A stretch of 64,000 bases of DNA, from contig NC_058382.1 in NCBI RefSeq assembly GCF_018350175.1, positions 48,734,001-48,798,000 on the forward strand, written 5' to 3'. Numbering within the stretch: the first letter of the stretch is position 1; each line of letters opens with the position of its first letter. Below, one piece after another: positions 38,054-49,589 of this stretch. Both the position numbers and the translations under genes were made by a program. The stretch is from Felis catus. Lineage: Eukaryota. The notes under the pieces are model-generated. The model was given only the letters and a program-made list of their open reading frames with translations. It was not told the DNA's origin and searched no databases.

Positions 38054-38315
38054 CCTCTCCTCTCTCTCTCAAATATAAACACATATTTAAAAAAATAATT
38101 AAAAAAAAGAAATGGAATTGCTGCATCAAAGTTTACACCCATTTATATTTTTGATGGCTAGAACCAAATTGTCCTGTAAAAATCTTGTACAGGGGCACCT
38201 GGGTGGCTCAGTTGGTTAAACATCTAACTCTGGTTTGGGCCTGGGTCATGATCTCACAGTTCGTGGAAGCCACGCATGGGGCTGTGTGCTGACATCGCAG
38301 AGTTTGCTTGAGATT

Positions 38316-38360
<45 letters not shown>

Positions 38361-38741
38361 CCTCCCCTGCTCTCTTTCTCTCTTGCTCTCTGTCTCTCAA
38401 AATAAATAAATAAACATTAATGGGGCACCTGGGTGGCTCAGTCGGTTAAGCAGCCTACTTCAGCTTAGGTCATGATCTCACAGCTCTGAGTTTGAGGGCC
38501 CGCATTGGGCCCTTTGCTGACAGCTCAGAGCCTGGCCTGCTTCAGAGTCTGTTTCTATCTCTCTCTGCCCCTCCCCTGCTCACGCTCTGTCTCCCTCTTT
38601 CTCTAAAAAAGAAAATAAAAACATTTAAAAACAAAGAAAGATGTATGGAAACTGATTTGACAATAAATTTCATATAATAAATAAATAAGTAAATAAATAA
38701 ATAAATAAAATAAAAATAAAGAAAGGAACTTTAAAAAAAGA
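36617..38741. mobile_element. SINE-dense block: + 36617-36840, - ~37000-37227, - 37480-37686, + 37824-38107, + 38192-38420, + 38422-38640, with old L1 remnants between
   Basis: Six recognisable CAN-SINE bodies; TSDs AGAAATGGAATTGC (37807, 38108) and TAAAAATCTTGTAC (38177, 38742). Confidence 0.9.
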
Positions 38742-38802
38742 TAAAAATCTTGTACCACTTTCTATGGCGGTTTATTCTCATGTCACCCTCTTGTCCTTAC
38801 AG

Positions 38803-38982
38803 GATGAATCAGGCGCCAACCGTGGGCTTTGAACAGGATGTTGGCAGCCGAACCACTCATCATTTCATGTACCCCGAGAGTGCCAAGAACCTGCCCGCCA
38901 ATGTCAGCTTTGTGTTGGTGCCCTTCAAAGCCCTGGACCTCCTCTGGATTGCCAGCGCTTTGTCCACGGGGCAGATCCGATT
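38803..38982 (+). CDS. ST3GAL2: ST3GAL2 coding exon 3 (end of sialylmotif L)
   Basis: TTACAG| acceptor; [59 protein letters not shown]; donor TT|GTAAGT; 180 nt, phase 2-2. Confidence 0.97.
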
Positions 38983-39339
38983 GTAAGTCGCTCTGTTGAC
39001 TGGGAGTGGAATGTGGGTGACAGAGCATTTTGAGAGGAGTCTTCCCAAGGATTGGCTCTTAGAATTCTTTTAACTGAATATTTTGACCGAGAGGGGCTGG
39101 TGAAGAGGGAGGCAATAGTAGGGAGAGCCCAAAGTGGTGCGTTAGCTGGGGCCACAGGTTATTCAGTGTCACTCCTACATAGTGACAGCCAGCTTCCTGT
39201 AGGTAGAAAGGGTAGCAAGGTTTTGGTCTCCTTTCCAGGAGGTGGCTCCTGACTGTGGGAGTTCTGCATTCTGAGAATTTTCTTTAGAGACAGTTGCTCA
39301 ATCACAGCTGGGAACCTGAGGAAATTTAATATGTCATTT

Positions 39340-40680
39340 TTTATTTTATTTTACTGAAGTGTGGTTGACATACAACATTACATTAGTTTCATCACCAAGT
39401 ATTTTTTTTTTATTTTTAATGTTTATTTATTTTTGAGAGACACAGTGGGAAGTGGGAGAAGGGCAGAAAGAGAGGGAGACACAGAATCCGAAGCAGGCTC
39501 CAGGCTCCAAGCTGTCAGCACAGAGCCCAACATGGGGCTTGAACTCATGAACCGTGAGATCATGACCTGAGCTGAAGTTGGATGCTTAACTGACTGAGCC
39601 ACTCAGGCACCCCATCACTAAGTATTTTTTAGCATCTCTATTGAGGTACAAGTCACATGCCATACAGTTTACACATTTAAAGTATACAAGTCAGTGGCTT
39701 TTATTAAATATGGTGTTGTGTAACTATCACCACAATTATTTTTAGAACTCCTTTCATCTTCTTAAAGATGAAGATCTTTAAAGATCTAAAGATACCTCTG
39801 TACCCCTTAGCCATCACCCTCACTCCCTCTACTCCCACACCCCAGCCCTAGGCAACAACCACTAATCTACTGTCTCACTGTGTGTGTGTGTGTGTGTATG
39901 TGTGTGTGTTAAAAGGTATACAACATATGGGGTGCCTGGCTGGCTCAGTTGCTAGAGCATGTGATTCTTGATCTCACTGTTGTGAGTTCAGGCCCCACAT
40001 GGGGTGTAGAGATTACTTAAAAACAAATAAATAAATACAAACTCATTTTCTCAGATCACTGCCCACATTCTCCACCAAAATTATAAGTACACTCAGGGCA
40101 CCTGTGTGACTCAGTCAGTTAAGCGTCCAACTTCGGCTCAGGTCATAATCTCACAGTTCATGGATTTGAGCCCTGTGTCGGGCTTTGTGCTGACAGCTCA
40201 GAACCTGGAGCCTCCTTTGGAATCTGTATCTCATTCTTTCTGCCCCTCCCCTGCTTGTGCTGTCTCTCTCTGTCTCTCAAAAATAAATAAATGTAAAAAA
40301 ATTTTTAAATAAGTACATTCGCTTTGTTGTGCAAAATGCCACCCTATCCATCCCCAGAACTTTTTCATAATTTCAAGTGGAAATTGCATTCATTAATAAC
40401 TCCCCATTTCCCCGACCCTTAGCCTCTGATAACCACTAATCTTTTTGTCTGTATGATTTGACTATTATAGGTACTTCATGTAAGTGGAGTCATAGTGTTT
40501 GTCCTGGCTTATTTCACTTAGTGTAGTGTTTTCAGGGTTTATCTGTGTTGTAGCATGTACAGGATTTCATTCCTTTTAAAGGCTGAGTAGTATTCCACTA
40601 TATGGGTATACCATATTTGCTTTATCAATTCATCCATCAGTGGACAGTTAAGCCGTTTCCACATATTGCCTGCTATTTGC
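39340..40680. mobile_element. Old minus-strand L1 3' ends with inserted SINEs (- 39402-39613, + 39929-40035, + 40096-40310)
   Basis: L1 3'UTR motifs (CTGGCTTATTTCACTTAG; ATTTCATTCCTTTTAAAGGCTGAGTAGTATTCCA) and SINE heads. Confidence 0.82.
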
Positions 40681-41206
40681 CTGCATTTTGTCACTATGTA
40701 TTTTTTAAACACAGAAATATAAATTACAGTTTCCTGACTTTATCTTATGATAAAGTTTAAGTTTGAGTTTAAGTCCCTTGCTTAGAAAAGGAGTATAGAC
40801 TACGGGTGCCATGGCTGGCTAATAGGGAAGGAGGGATTTGTACCAAATATGAGGATAGTAGCAAGAGGGTCATTGTAGGCAGAACTAAGACAAATATAGT
40901 GGGTGTGAGATGATTGGCTAAATTAAGTGGGGAGTTCACAGCTGAGTGTTGTGGAAAGAAACATTTGGGCTGGATAATAGAAGGCACCAATGTTTGTCTA
41001 AAACATCCTTATTTTATCCTAAAGAACATAGGTAGCTGCTGAAGTTTTCTGAGCAAGGTACTGCAGTGATGTGCTCTGGGAAAGCAGTCTGGAAGCAGGG
41101 GATCTGTTGTAAGGCTGTCATCACTCAGGCCTGACAAGGAGGAAAGGCATCTGTGGACCTTTCTAGATCCCAAGGGCCATCTAAATTTTCTTCTTTCTGC
41201 TTGCAG

Positions 41207-41252
41207 CACCTATGCACCAGTGAAGTCTTTCCTTCGAGTGGACAAAGAAAAG
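41207..41252 (+). CDS. ST3GAL2: ST3GAL2 coding exon 4
   Basis: TTGCAG| acceptor; (F)TYAPVKSFLRVDKEK; donor AAG|GTAAGC; 46 nt, keeps frame with neighbours. Confidence 0.95.
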
Positions 41253-41544
41253 GTAAGCTCCCACCTCTCCCTTGTTCATCCCCATCTCATTAGAAATGGT
41301 GCAGATTTGACTACTGGTGTGCCCAGTCCTGTGGCTCAGGTGTCCCCCAGTGCCCTTCCAGAACCGTCAGAGTCCACCCATCTGCTGGTATGCCTGACCC
41401 CCCTCAGAGGCCACAGGAACTAGGGAACTTGGAAGAACAGGTCTGCTGGCAAGCATGGAGGAACTGGCAGAAGCTACTTAGAGCCTGGCCTGAGTCTCCA
41501 GACCCCAACACCCCTCATGTGTCTGTTGCCTTTTCTCTTCCCAG

Positions 41545-41664
41545 GTTCAGATCTACAACCCAGCCTTCTTCAAGTATATCCATGACCGGTGGACAGAGCA
41601 TCACGGGCGGTACCCTTCTACAGGGATGCTGGTGCTCTTCTTTGCCCTGCATGTGTGCGATGAG
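41545..41664 (+). CDS. ST3GAL2: ST3GAL2 coding exon 5 (sialylmotif S, first part)
   Basis: CCCAG| acceptor; [40 protein letters not shown]; donor GAG|GTGGGT; 120 nt. Confidence 0.96.
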
Positions 41665-42249
41665 GTGGGTAACCCGGTGTTATGGGTAAAATAGGGATAC
41701 CCATGGAACAGAGGGGATTAGCCCTTCTTAGGGCTTAGCAGAGCAAGAGGAACGTGCTTTTGTAGGCAGAAACCAAGTGGCTTTGATTTCCTGCATTTCT
41801 AGGCTGTAAAGTATACATCTTCATTTCCCAAACTTACTACTCATGATTTTACCAAACCTGAAATCACTTCAGTGAAAAGTTAAATTTATTTAAAAAGGAA
41901 ACAGAACATTACTACCATAATTGGTATTACTTGTCATAAAGAAAAAAATCATCAAAAATATAAATAGAACGGAAATAATGAAGTTAAGTTCCAGCGGGAT
42001 GGTCTTCTCCCACCGCTGTGGGCCCTAGGCCTACCCTCTGTGTGTTAACACTGCAGGTCATTCGTTCCAGGAGCGCATCTCACTAGCAAGCAGGGCTGCT
42101 GTGCCATACTCGCTCACGCCCAGCACACCCACTTTTGCCAGTAAATTCAGTGTGTGGTATTGGGTGCTTGACTAGCTTTCATATAAAAGTATTACATTAA
42201 AAAACAAAAACAACAACAAAACCAAAAAAAGGAACGTTAGCAACGGTGG

Positions 42250-43390
42250 GAGAGGTCCCATAGCCCCAGACCGAGGCGTATCGCTGTAATCAGACGGGTG
42301 GAAGAACCGAAAGGGAGCAGCAGTCTTGCCAGTCGGTATCCTTAGCTCCAGGCCTGGGTGTCGCGTATTCCCGTTGCCTCCCGCGCTCTGCGAATTGACG
42401 AACTGCGCGTCTCTTAGCTGTAGTCGGGTCGCTGCAGCCCCTTTCTCCTGGCCCACCGCGACCCGAGGCTCTCCCGTGCCCTGTCCTCCCGCTCTCCGAC
42501 ACGGGGTGACCTGCGCCGCCCTCCCCTGCAGGTGAACGTGTACGGGTTCGGGGCCGACAGCCGGGGCAACTGGCACCACTACTGGGAGAATAACCGGTAC
42601 GCGGGCGAGTTCCGGAAGACTGGGGTGCACGACGCCGACTTCGAGGCCCATATCATCGACATGCTGGCCAAGGCCAGCAAGATCGAGGTCTACCGAGGAA
42701 ATTGAACCCGCGACCCTTCCGGGCCAGGCGCGAACCTCGGGCGCTGGCTCCTAGCCGGGACTCCAGGCCAGCCGGAGGTCGGTGGCCTCGGCGTGGGCAC
42801 GGCGCCCCATTGGGCGTTTCCAGGCCCTTAGGGGCGACGTCAGGGCGCGGTCTGGACTAATCATGCTGCAAGTCCAGCGTGCGCTGGCTGTCCCTCGCCA
42901 ATCATGAGACTGGGGACTAGCCGGCCAGGCACCAATCAGCGCTGCAGTCGAAGCGGAGGATTTTTTTTTTTTTTTTTTTTTTCTCCCAGCCAATCATGCG
43001 ACTCAAGGAGAACTGCCGGCACTGGGCCCGTCTCTTCCAATCAATGGCCTTCGGAGGCGGGCCGGCGGCCGCTGAATCCCCTCTCCCCTATGCTTTGGGT
43101 AGAATTTTATTTCACGCTTTTTAAGGAACAGAGGTTGGTTCCGGCCTCAGTGAGGTACTTTCCTCAGTGTCTGTAGGAGCATTGCCCGCCGCTCGTCGAC
43201 CTCACTCGGTCAGGGGCGCCGAGAAGGAGACGGTGGGGAAGGTGCGGGGCAGCGGCCGTTCGGCTTCCCTTGCGGGGGCTGGTGGGGGGCGGGGGTGACC
43301 CTCTTGACCTCCGGGTGGGCGGTGGGGCGTTAGCCGTTCCTATATGGTGGTCTAGGGGAGATCAGATGGTTTCCGGGGAGCGCGCCTTCA
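42250..43390. promoter_or_regulatory. CpG island over the last ST3GAL2 intron, last coding exon and proximal 3'UTR
   Basis: Sharp rise in GC and CpG density compared with the CpG-poor remainder of the window; contains GC boxes and clustered CCAAT boxes. Confidence 0.85.
42532..42705 (+). CDS. ST3GAL2: ST3GAL2 coding exon 6, terminal (end of motif S, motif III HYWE, motif VS HDADFE)
   Basis: CTGCAG| acceptor; [60 protein letters not shown] at 42703-42705; exon sum 339+194+180+46+120+174=1053 nt = 350 aa. Confidence 0.97.
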   Translation: MNVYGFGADSRGNWHHYWENNRYAGEFRKTGVHDADFEAHIIDMLAKASKIEVYRGN

Positions 43391-45080
43391 TCCCAGGGTA
43401 AAAGCTGGAGCCCTCTCAAACCTCTTCAGACTCAAGAGAATTTTGGACCCCACGTTTCCTTTTTCTATCAAGCCCAGATGGGTGAGTGTAAACCCACCAA
43501 AGAAATGCAGTGGCTTGTGGGTCCCCTCCTCTTTCTCCCCATCCCCACCTTTGGCCACCCTATGGAATGGCCTTTCTGACCAGGGCATTTAGCATCTCAC
43601 CAGAAAACTAGAACTGTATTCACCCGTTGCTAACGGGCGGAATTCGCCTAGGGCCTAACTCTGGAACACAGGTGTAAGGAACACGGCAGGGGACAAGGAA
43701 GCCCAGTCACTTCAGATGTAAGGTGCTTCTCACTCTCGTGTACTCTCGGCCCCTACTGTTCACCCAAAACCTTTTCAGTGGCTCTTCTTAGGCCCTGGGC
43801 CTCCTCACCAGCCTACCTGTCCTGAAAAAAAATCAAAACTTGCCCTGGGGGTTGGGGGGCACTGTTGCATCTTCACTCCCTACCCCCCCCCCCCCCGCCC
43901 GCTCGCGCGAATAATCGAGCGCGCGCACACACTCGCGCGCGTTTGGCCTGCTCTAGGGACAGGGAGCAACACGTGGGAAAGAAGGCTGGAGATGGGGAAC
44001 CCAGCTTGCCTGGTGCATGCACCTTCTTCCTTCATCCATCACCCCAAAGAGGAGTAGGAAACCTTTGCTTGGGGTGGAATTTGCTTTGGTCTCGTAATTT
44101 AATTAACTTGAGGTTACCAGGGATGGCTGACCAACACAGATTTTTTTTAAACTCTACGTTGGCCAGGCAAATAGCTGGGATTCTAGCTGGGGAGGAGTAG
44201 ACTTGCCCGCTTGCATGCCTCCTCTCCTGCCCTTGTGTCCCCTCTCCCCCATGCTCACTTCCTGCCTCCTTGCTCTAACCCACTTTCCATTTCCAAATCT
44301 AGAAGGGCAGGGAAACCAGCAAACGGGTTACAACTGGAATTTACCTGCATGACTGAACCCAGCTAAAGCTCTGACAGGAAGCTGTTGATGGTATTCTCAC
44401 CTTACAAGGTTGGGGAAATTTCGGAGGGGGGAAAGGGCTTCTGTGAAGTTTCCAAACTACTAATAGGATCCCCCTTCCCAACAGTGAGGAACACAAATAC
44501 CACCCTTTATCTTAGTGAGTTGATACCACCAAGCAGCCTCCTGGCCATTGGTGTAGTTCCTGCAGCTGGCTGGGGGAACAGGGACCAGCAGGGAGTATTT
44601 TAGAAGAGGATTGGGGCAGGGCAGTGGGCACCCCTAAAAGTTAATATATTGAGAACGTAGCTAGAGTCTGTTCCTTTCCAATTCCAAAAGTAGGAGGAGT
44701 AGAGCATGAGGGTGGATTTGGGGGGCCTTTAGTGGAATGCCTCTCTCAGGGCCTACCCCATCATTTTAGAGAGTCAAGGCACCAGCCATTCTTGCCAGTC
44801 TCAGCTCAGTGCTTCCTGAAGAGGCAGTTTGGAGTGTTTAGAAGATGAAAAAATGCGATTATGCCAAACAGTATTGAGCAGAATAATTTATTTCTTTTCT
44901 GTTCCTTTTTCTTTTTGTTTTGTTTTGTTTAAAACGTTAATAAATCCCCTTTCTGGAAGAGATAGGTCCCAGCATCCAGCCCAGATCTCCTTTTCTGCAA
45001 TAGTTATTTAAACAAATGTTTTTTATTTTCTTCCCTTTCTCTCTCTTTCTGAATTAAAAAGAACAAAAGAACCATATAGT
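42706..45080 (+). other. ST3GAL2: ST3GAL2 3'UTR (end approximate)
   Basis: Follows the stop codon; candidate poly(A) signals AATAAA 44939-44944 and ATTAAA 45053-45058 in U-rich context. Confidence 0.6.
44939..45058 (+). terminator. Candidate ST3GAL2 polyadenylation signals (AATAAA, ATTAAA)
   Basis: Hexamers seen directly with U-rich flanks; usage inferred. Confidence 0.55.
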
Positions 45081-46384
45081 CATTTGTCTATTTGAAATGG
45101 GTATGGTTGTGGAAAGAAGAAATCTCTGTCAGCCGGGACCTATGACCAAGTAATGACTAAGAACATTGGGTGGAAGGTTCGAAGGAGAAAAGAGCATGAC
45201 TCCAAACACCTGCCCCCGTATACACGAGGCCTCCCAACCCAGTCCACCAACAGTGCCCTCTGAAATAGTGGTTCTTCACCACTGTCCTTTGGGACACGTG
45301 AGTGGATCAGCAGGGCAGAGACTGTCCCCTGCCAGGGGCCCCACAGCATGCAGATCCAGCAGGCACCAGGATGGGGTTTCCCACAACATTTCCAGGTTAT
45401 GCAGAACTCCCTGTGATGCTGTAGGTGTGGGTTGGCAGGAAATTGACAGAATGGGAGGAGCAGGTTGCACAGGCATCCGAGGCACTTCCTTGGACCATCT
45501 GGACCCCTAGAGTCTACTTTGTGCAATGGAATGCCACCAAACATCCAATTTTATAGTTCAATGGACCAACTACTATGGATCTCACAACAGACAGCTTTGA
45601 GTCTAAACTCATTTGGTGTCCTGCAATTCACTTTCTGCCTGTGCCCAAGAGCAATCCAGGAGTTGCTTTTCACTTGGAGAATAACTTTTGGTAGAGGAGT
45701 GTATTGGTATTTTTCTAAAACCCTAGAACAGGGGCTATAGTTCTCTTACTTGGAGTTGTCAGAGACTCCTTCCATCTTTCTCCCTCTACCACAGACACTG
45801 TTAGCATTTGGTTGCCTGGGTCCTAAAGCCTGGTGGCAGGACAGTGTACGCATAGGCTAGACTTCCGAGAACCATTTCTTGTTTGGGTCCCACTCAACTC
45901 AAAGCCAGCTGCCTTCCAGGTCACTAACTGGTTGGAGCAGCACTCCCCAATGTTGTACCTGTTGCCTCCACAATCAAGAGTTCCACCAAATTGTGTATCT
46001 TTTTTTTTTTTTAATGTTGGCCAAGGGCTGTGTTGCTTTGATCCCACAAAGATATCATATCTAGAACAACAGGTCAGCATTACCATTCGATTGCATTTGC
46101 AATAAACTGTCAGTTTTTAAGAGTCAAATGATGAGTAAGTGGGATGAGGAAAAAATCACCCACCCCTGTACAACTCAAGTTGATGGCAGCACCAATTTCT
46201 GTAGATGCTGTTAGAGTGTGGTGTTGACTTTTTTTTTTTTTTTTCCACTTACTATTTTGGACATTGTCCCAGGGACTTCTGTTTGGTCCATCTATCGTAG
46301 TCACCCTCATTCCATGGGTAAGGTTGTCAATCTGGGGATTTCACCAGGTAGTGAATGTCTCTTCCCTTTTGGGACAGGAAATTC

Positions 46385-47290
46385 CAGGCATGACTAATAT
46401 TTTTGCAGTTTGCTTTATTGCCCTTTGCAGATACTGAGTTTTTTTACAAGTTGAAGGTTTGTGGCAACCGTGCAATGAGCCGGTCTATCAGCACCATTTT
46501 TCCAACAGCATTTGTTCACCTTGTGTCTGTGTCACATTTTAGTAATTCTCACAGTATTTCAAACTTTTTCATTACTATATTTGGTATAGTGATCTGTGAT
46601 CAATGGTTACAACTTGCTGAAAACTCAGAAGATGGTTAGCATTTTTTAGCAATAAAGTTGTTTGTTTTTAATTTTTTTAAATTTATTTTTGAAAGAGACT
46701 GAGTATGGGGCGCCTGGGTGGCTCAGTTGGTTAAGCATCCGACTTTAGCTCAAGTCATGATCTCATGGTTCGTGGGTTTGAGCCCCACGTCGGGCTCTGT
46801 GCTGACAGCTCAGAGCCTGGAGCCCACTTCAGATTCTGTGTCTCCCTCTCTCTCTGCTCCTCCCCCACTCAGGTTCTGTTTCTCTGTCTCTCAAAACTAA
46901 AACATTAAAAAAAAAATTAAAAAAAAAAAAAAAGAAAGAGACTGAGTGTGAGTGGGGGAGGGACAGAAAAAGAGGAAGACAATCCAAAGCAGGCTCCAGA
47001 CTCTGAGCTGTCAGCACAGAGCCCAACACGGGGCTTGAACCCACAAACTGTGAGATCATGACCTAAGCCGAAGTCGGAGGCAGTTGGCTTAACCATCTGA
47101 GCCACCCAGGCGCCCCAGGGCATAAACATTTTTATACATAATGCTGTTGTACACTTAATAGGCTACAGTATAGTGTAAACATAACTTTTATATATACCAG
47201 GAAACCAAAAAATTCATTACACTCACTTCATTGTGATACTTTATTGTTGCAGTCTGTGACCCAACCTGCAATCTCTCAGAGGTATGCCTG
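46385..47290 (+). mobile_element. Internally deleted Tigger1-type (TcMar/pogo) DNA transposon with two nested SINEs (~46665-47116)
   Basis: Begins CAGGCAT...TTTTACAAGTTGAAGGTTTGTGGCAACC and ends GAGGTATGCCTG followed by TA; both Tigger1 termini present, no transposase. Confidence 0.85.
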
Positions 47291-48224
47291 TACCTTAAAA
47301 TGGGTCTGTGGTCTTATTGGACCCACCATTAAATGAACTTGGGTCAGAGCTCCATCTATCATTTGCCATAATAAGCCTGACTCTAACTGGTGGACCACTT
47401 TGGTTGGATGTGAGAGCTTGTATCTGATAACTCCTGAAGCTCTGGGTATTTCCCTTTCCCTAGTGCACTGTCACTTTGGGAAGTAGGTCCCTCAGGAAAG
47501 ACATGGGGGAAGATTTAGGTTCCGCACCTGAGCTATGTCAGAGAGTCACTCCTCAAAGGACCCTGGAATCCTCTTGAAAAAGAGGCTCCATGTGTGACCT
47601 GAATTAGGTCTGGGAACTGGGTGAGAAGCTGTGAATCCCCAAGACTGTGACCCAGGCTCCTCAGCAATCTTTGAATTTCTGCTCCCATGCATGTTAAGCA
47701 GAACCTTAGTAGCCTGTCTGGCATCTAATTCCTAGAGATCCTAATGGTCCATTAACTATTGTCCCAAATCCTTGTAGGTCAGAACTCTAATTATCATCCT
47801 GTGGTCTGTTGTGGTAATGTGCCCACCACCACAAGTAGTAGGCACGTCTTTTTGGACTTTATCATGTTGGGATCACATCATTCTGACTTACACATGACCG
47901 CCAACAGAGTTCATCAAAGATGGCACACCAATCACTAATGCATTTTTTAATTTTTTAAACCATTTTTGATGTGGGATATAATCAATATGCAGAAAAGAGC
48001 ATAAAGATCAGCGTACTAAAATAGATAATTTCATGAATTATTTTTTTTAAAGCTCCATAATGGGAATTTATTTGGCAAAATTTATAGATAAATAGATAAC
48101 ATTTCTATGGTAAAGAAAAGCAACTTCCACTGCCATTTCATTATCAAAATGGACTGAGGAAAAGGAGAAGAGAGGTGGTTGAACATGTTATTTGGAAGAA
48201 TTAGAAAAACTAGAATGTTGTATA

Positions 48225-49589
48225 TTTTTCCAGCTTCAATGAGATATAACTGACATATAACATTGTGTAAGTGTATAAGGTATACAACATCGTGCTTTTA
48301 TATGTGTATATATTCCAAAATGATTACCACAATAAGGTTAACACATCAGTCATCTCATATAATTAACATTTTGTGTGTGTGTGGTGAGAACTTTTAAAAT
48401 CTCTCTTAGCAACTTTCAAATATACAATACAATATTGTTAACTATAGTCACCATGCTGTACGTTACATCCCCACAACTTATTTATCTTATAACTAGAAGT
48501 TTGTAGCTTTGACCACCTTCACCCCACCACCTCCTCCCCCTGGGAACCACCAATCTGTTTTATGAGTTTGTTTTTTTTAAGATTCCACCTATTAAAAACA
48601 AAACAAAACAAAAAGATTCCACCCAAAGTGAGATCATATAGTATTTCTCTGTCTTATTTCACTTAGCAAAATGCCCTCAGTCCATCCATGGACTTTGTTG
48701 TTACAAATGGCAGGATTTCCTTTTTTATAACTAAGTAATACTCTATTTTATATGCCCCACCCCCACCCTCACACACCACCACATTTTCTTTTCCCATTTT
48801 TCCGTTGATGGGCACTTCGGTTTTTCTATGTCTTGTATATTGTAAAAAATACTGAATTGAACATGAAGGTGGAGATATCTCTTTGATTTCATTTCTTTCA
48901 GATAAATACCCAGAAGTGGAATTGTTAGGTTGTATAATAGTTCTCTATTCACATGCAAAAGAATGAAACTGGATCCCTGTCTTAAATCAGTCACAAAAAT
49001 GATTCCAAATAGAGTAAGGACTTAAATGTAAGACCTGAAACCATAAAACCCCTAAAAGAAAATGTGGGTGAAAGCCCCTTGACATTGGTCTTGGCAATGG
49101 TTTTATGGATATGATACTGAAAGCACAAGCAAAATAAACAAGTGGGACCACATCAAACTATAAAACTGCTGCACAGCCAATGAAACAATCAACAAGATGA
49201 ATGACAACCTCTGGAATGGGAGAAGATATTTGCCAAACATATCTGATAAGGGTCTAATACCCAAAATATATAAGGAACTCCTACAACTCAATAGCAAATA
49301 ATTAATTAGATAGATAGACCATTTAAAAAGTGGGCAGTGGATCTGAATAGACATTTTTCCAAAGAAAATATTCAGATGGCTAAGAGACACATAAAAAGGT
49401 GCACAACACACTAATCCTCAGGGGAATACAAATGAAAACCACAATGAGTTATCCCCTCACACCTGTTAGGGTGGCTATTATCAAAAAGGTGAGAGATAAT
49501 TGCTGGTGAGGGTGAAGAGGAAGGGAGCCCTTGTGGTGAGAATGCAAATTGGTGCAGCCACTATGCAAAACAGTATGGAGGCTCCTTAA
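48225..49589. mobile_element. L1 with 5' inversion (- 48225-48945; + 48946-49589)
   Basis: The two halves are adjacent ORF2/3'UTR segments in opposite orientation. Confidence 0.85.

Noticed and set aside
42172..42651. 159 aa minus-strand ORF in the CpG island
   Set aside because: Antisense to the last ST3GAL2 exon in stop-poor GC-rich DNA; no homology recognised; worth revisiting only if antisense transcription is shown
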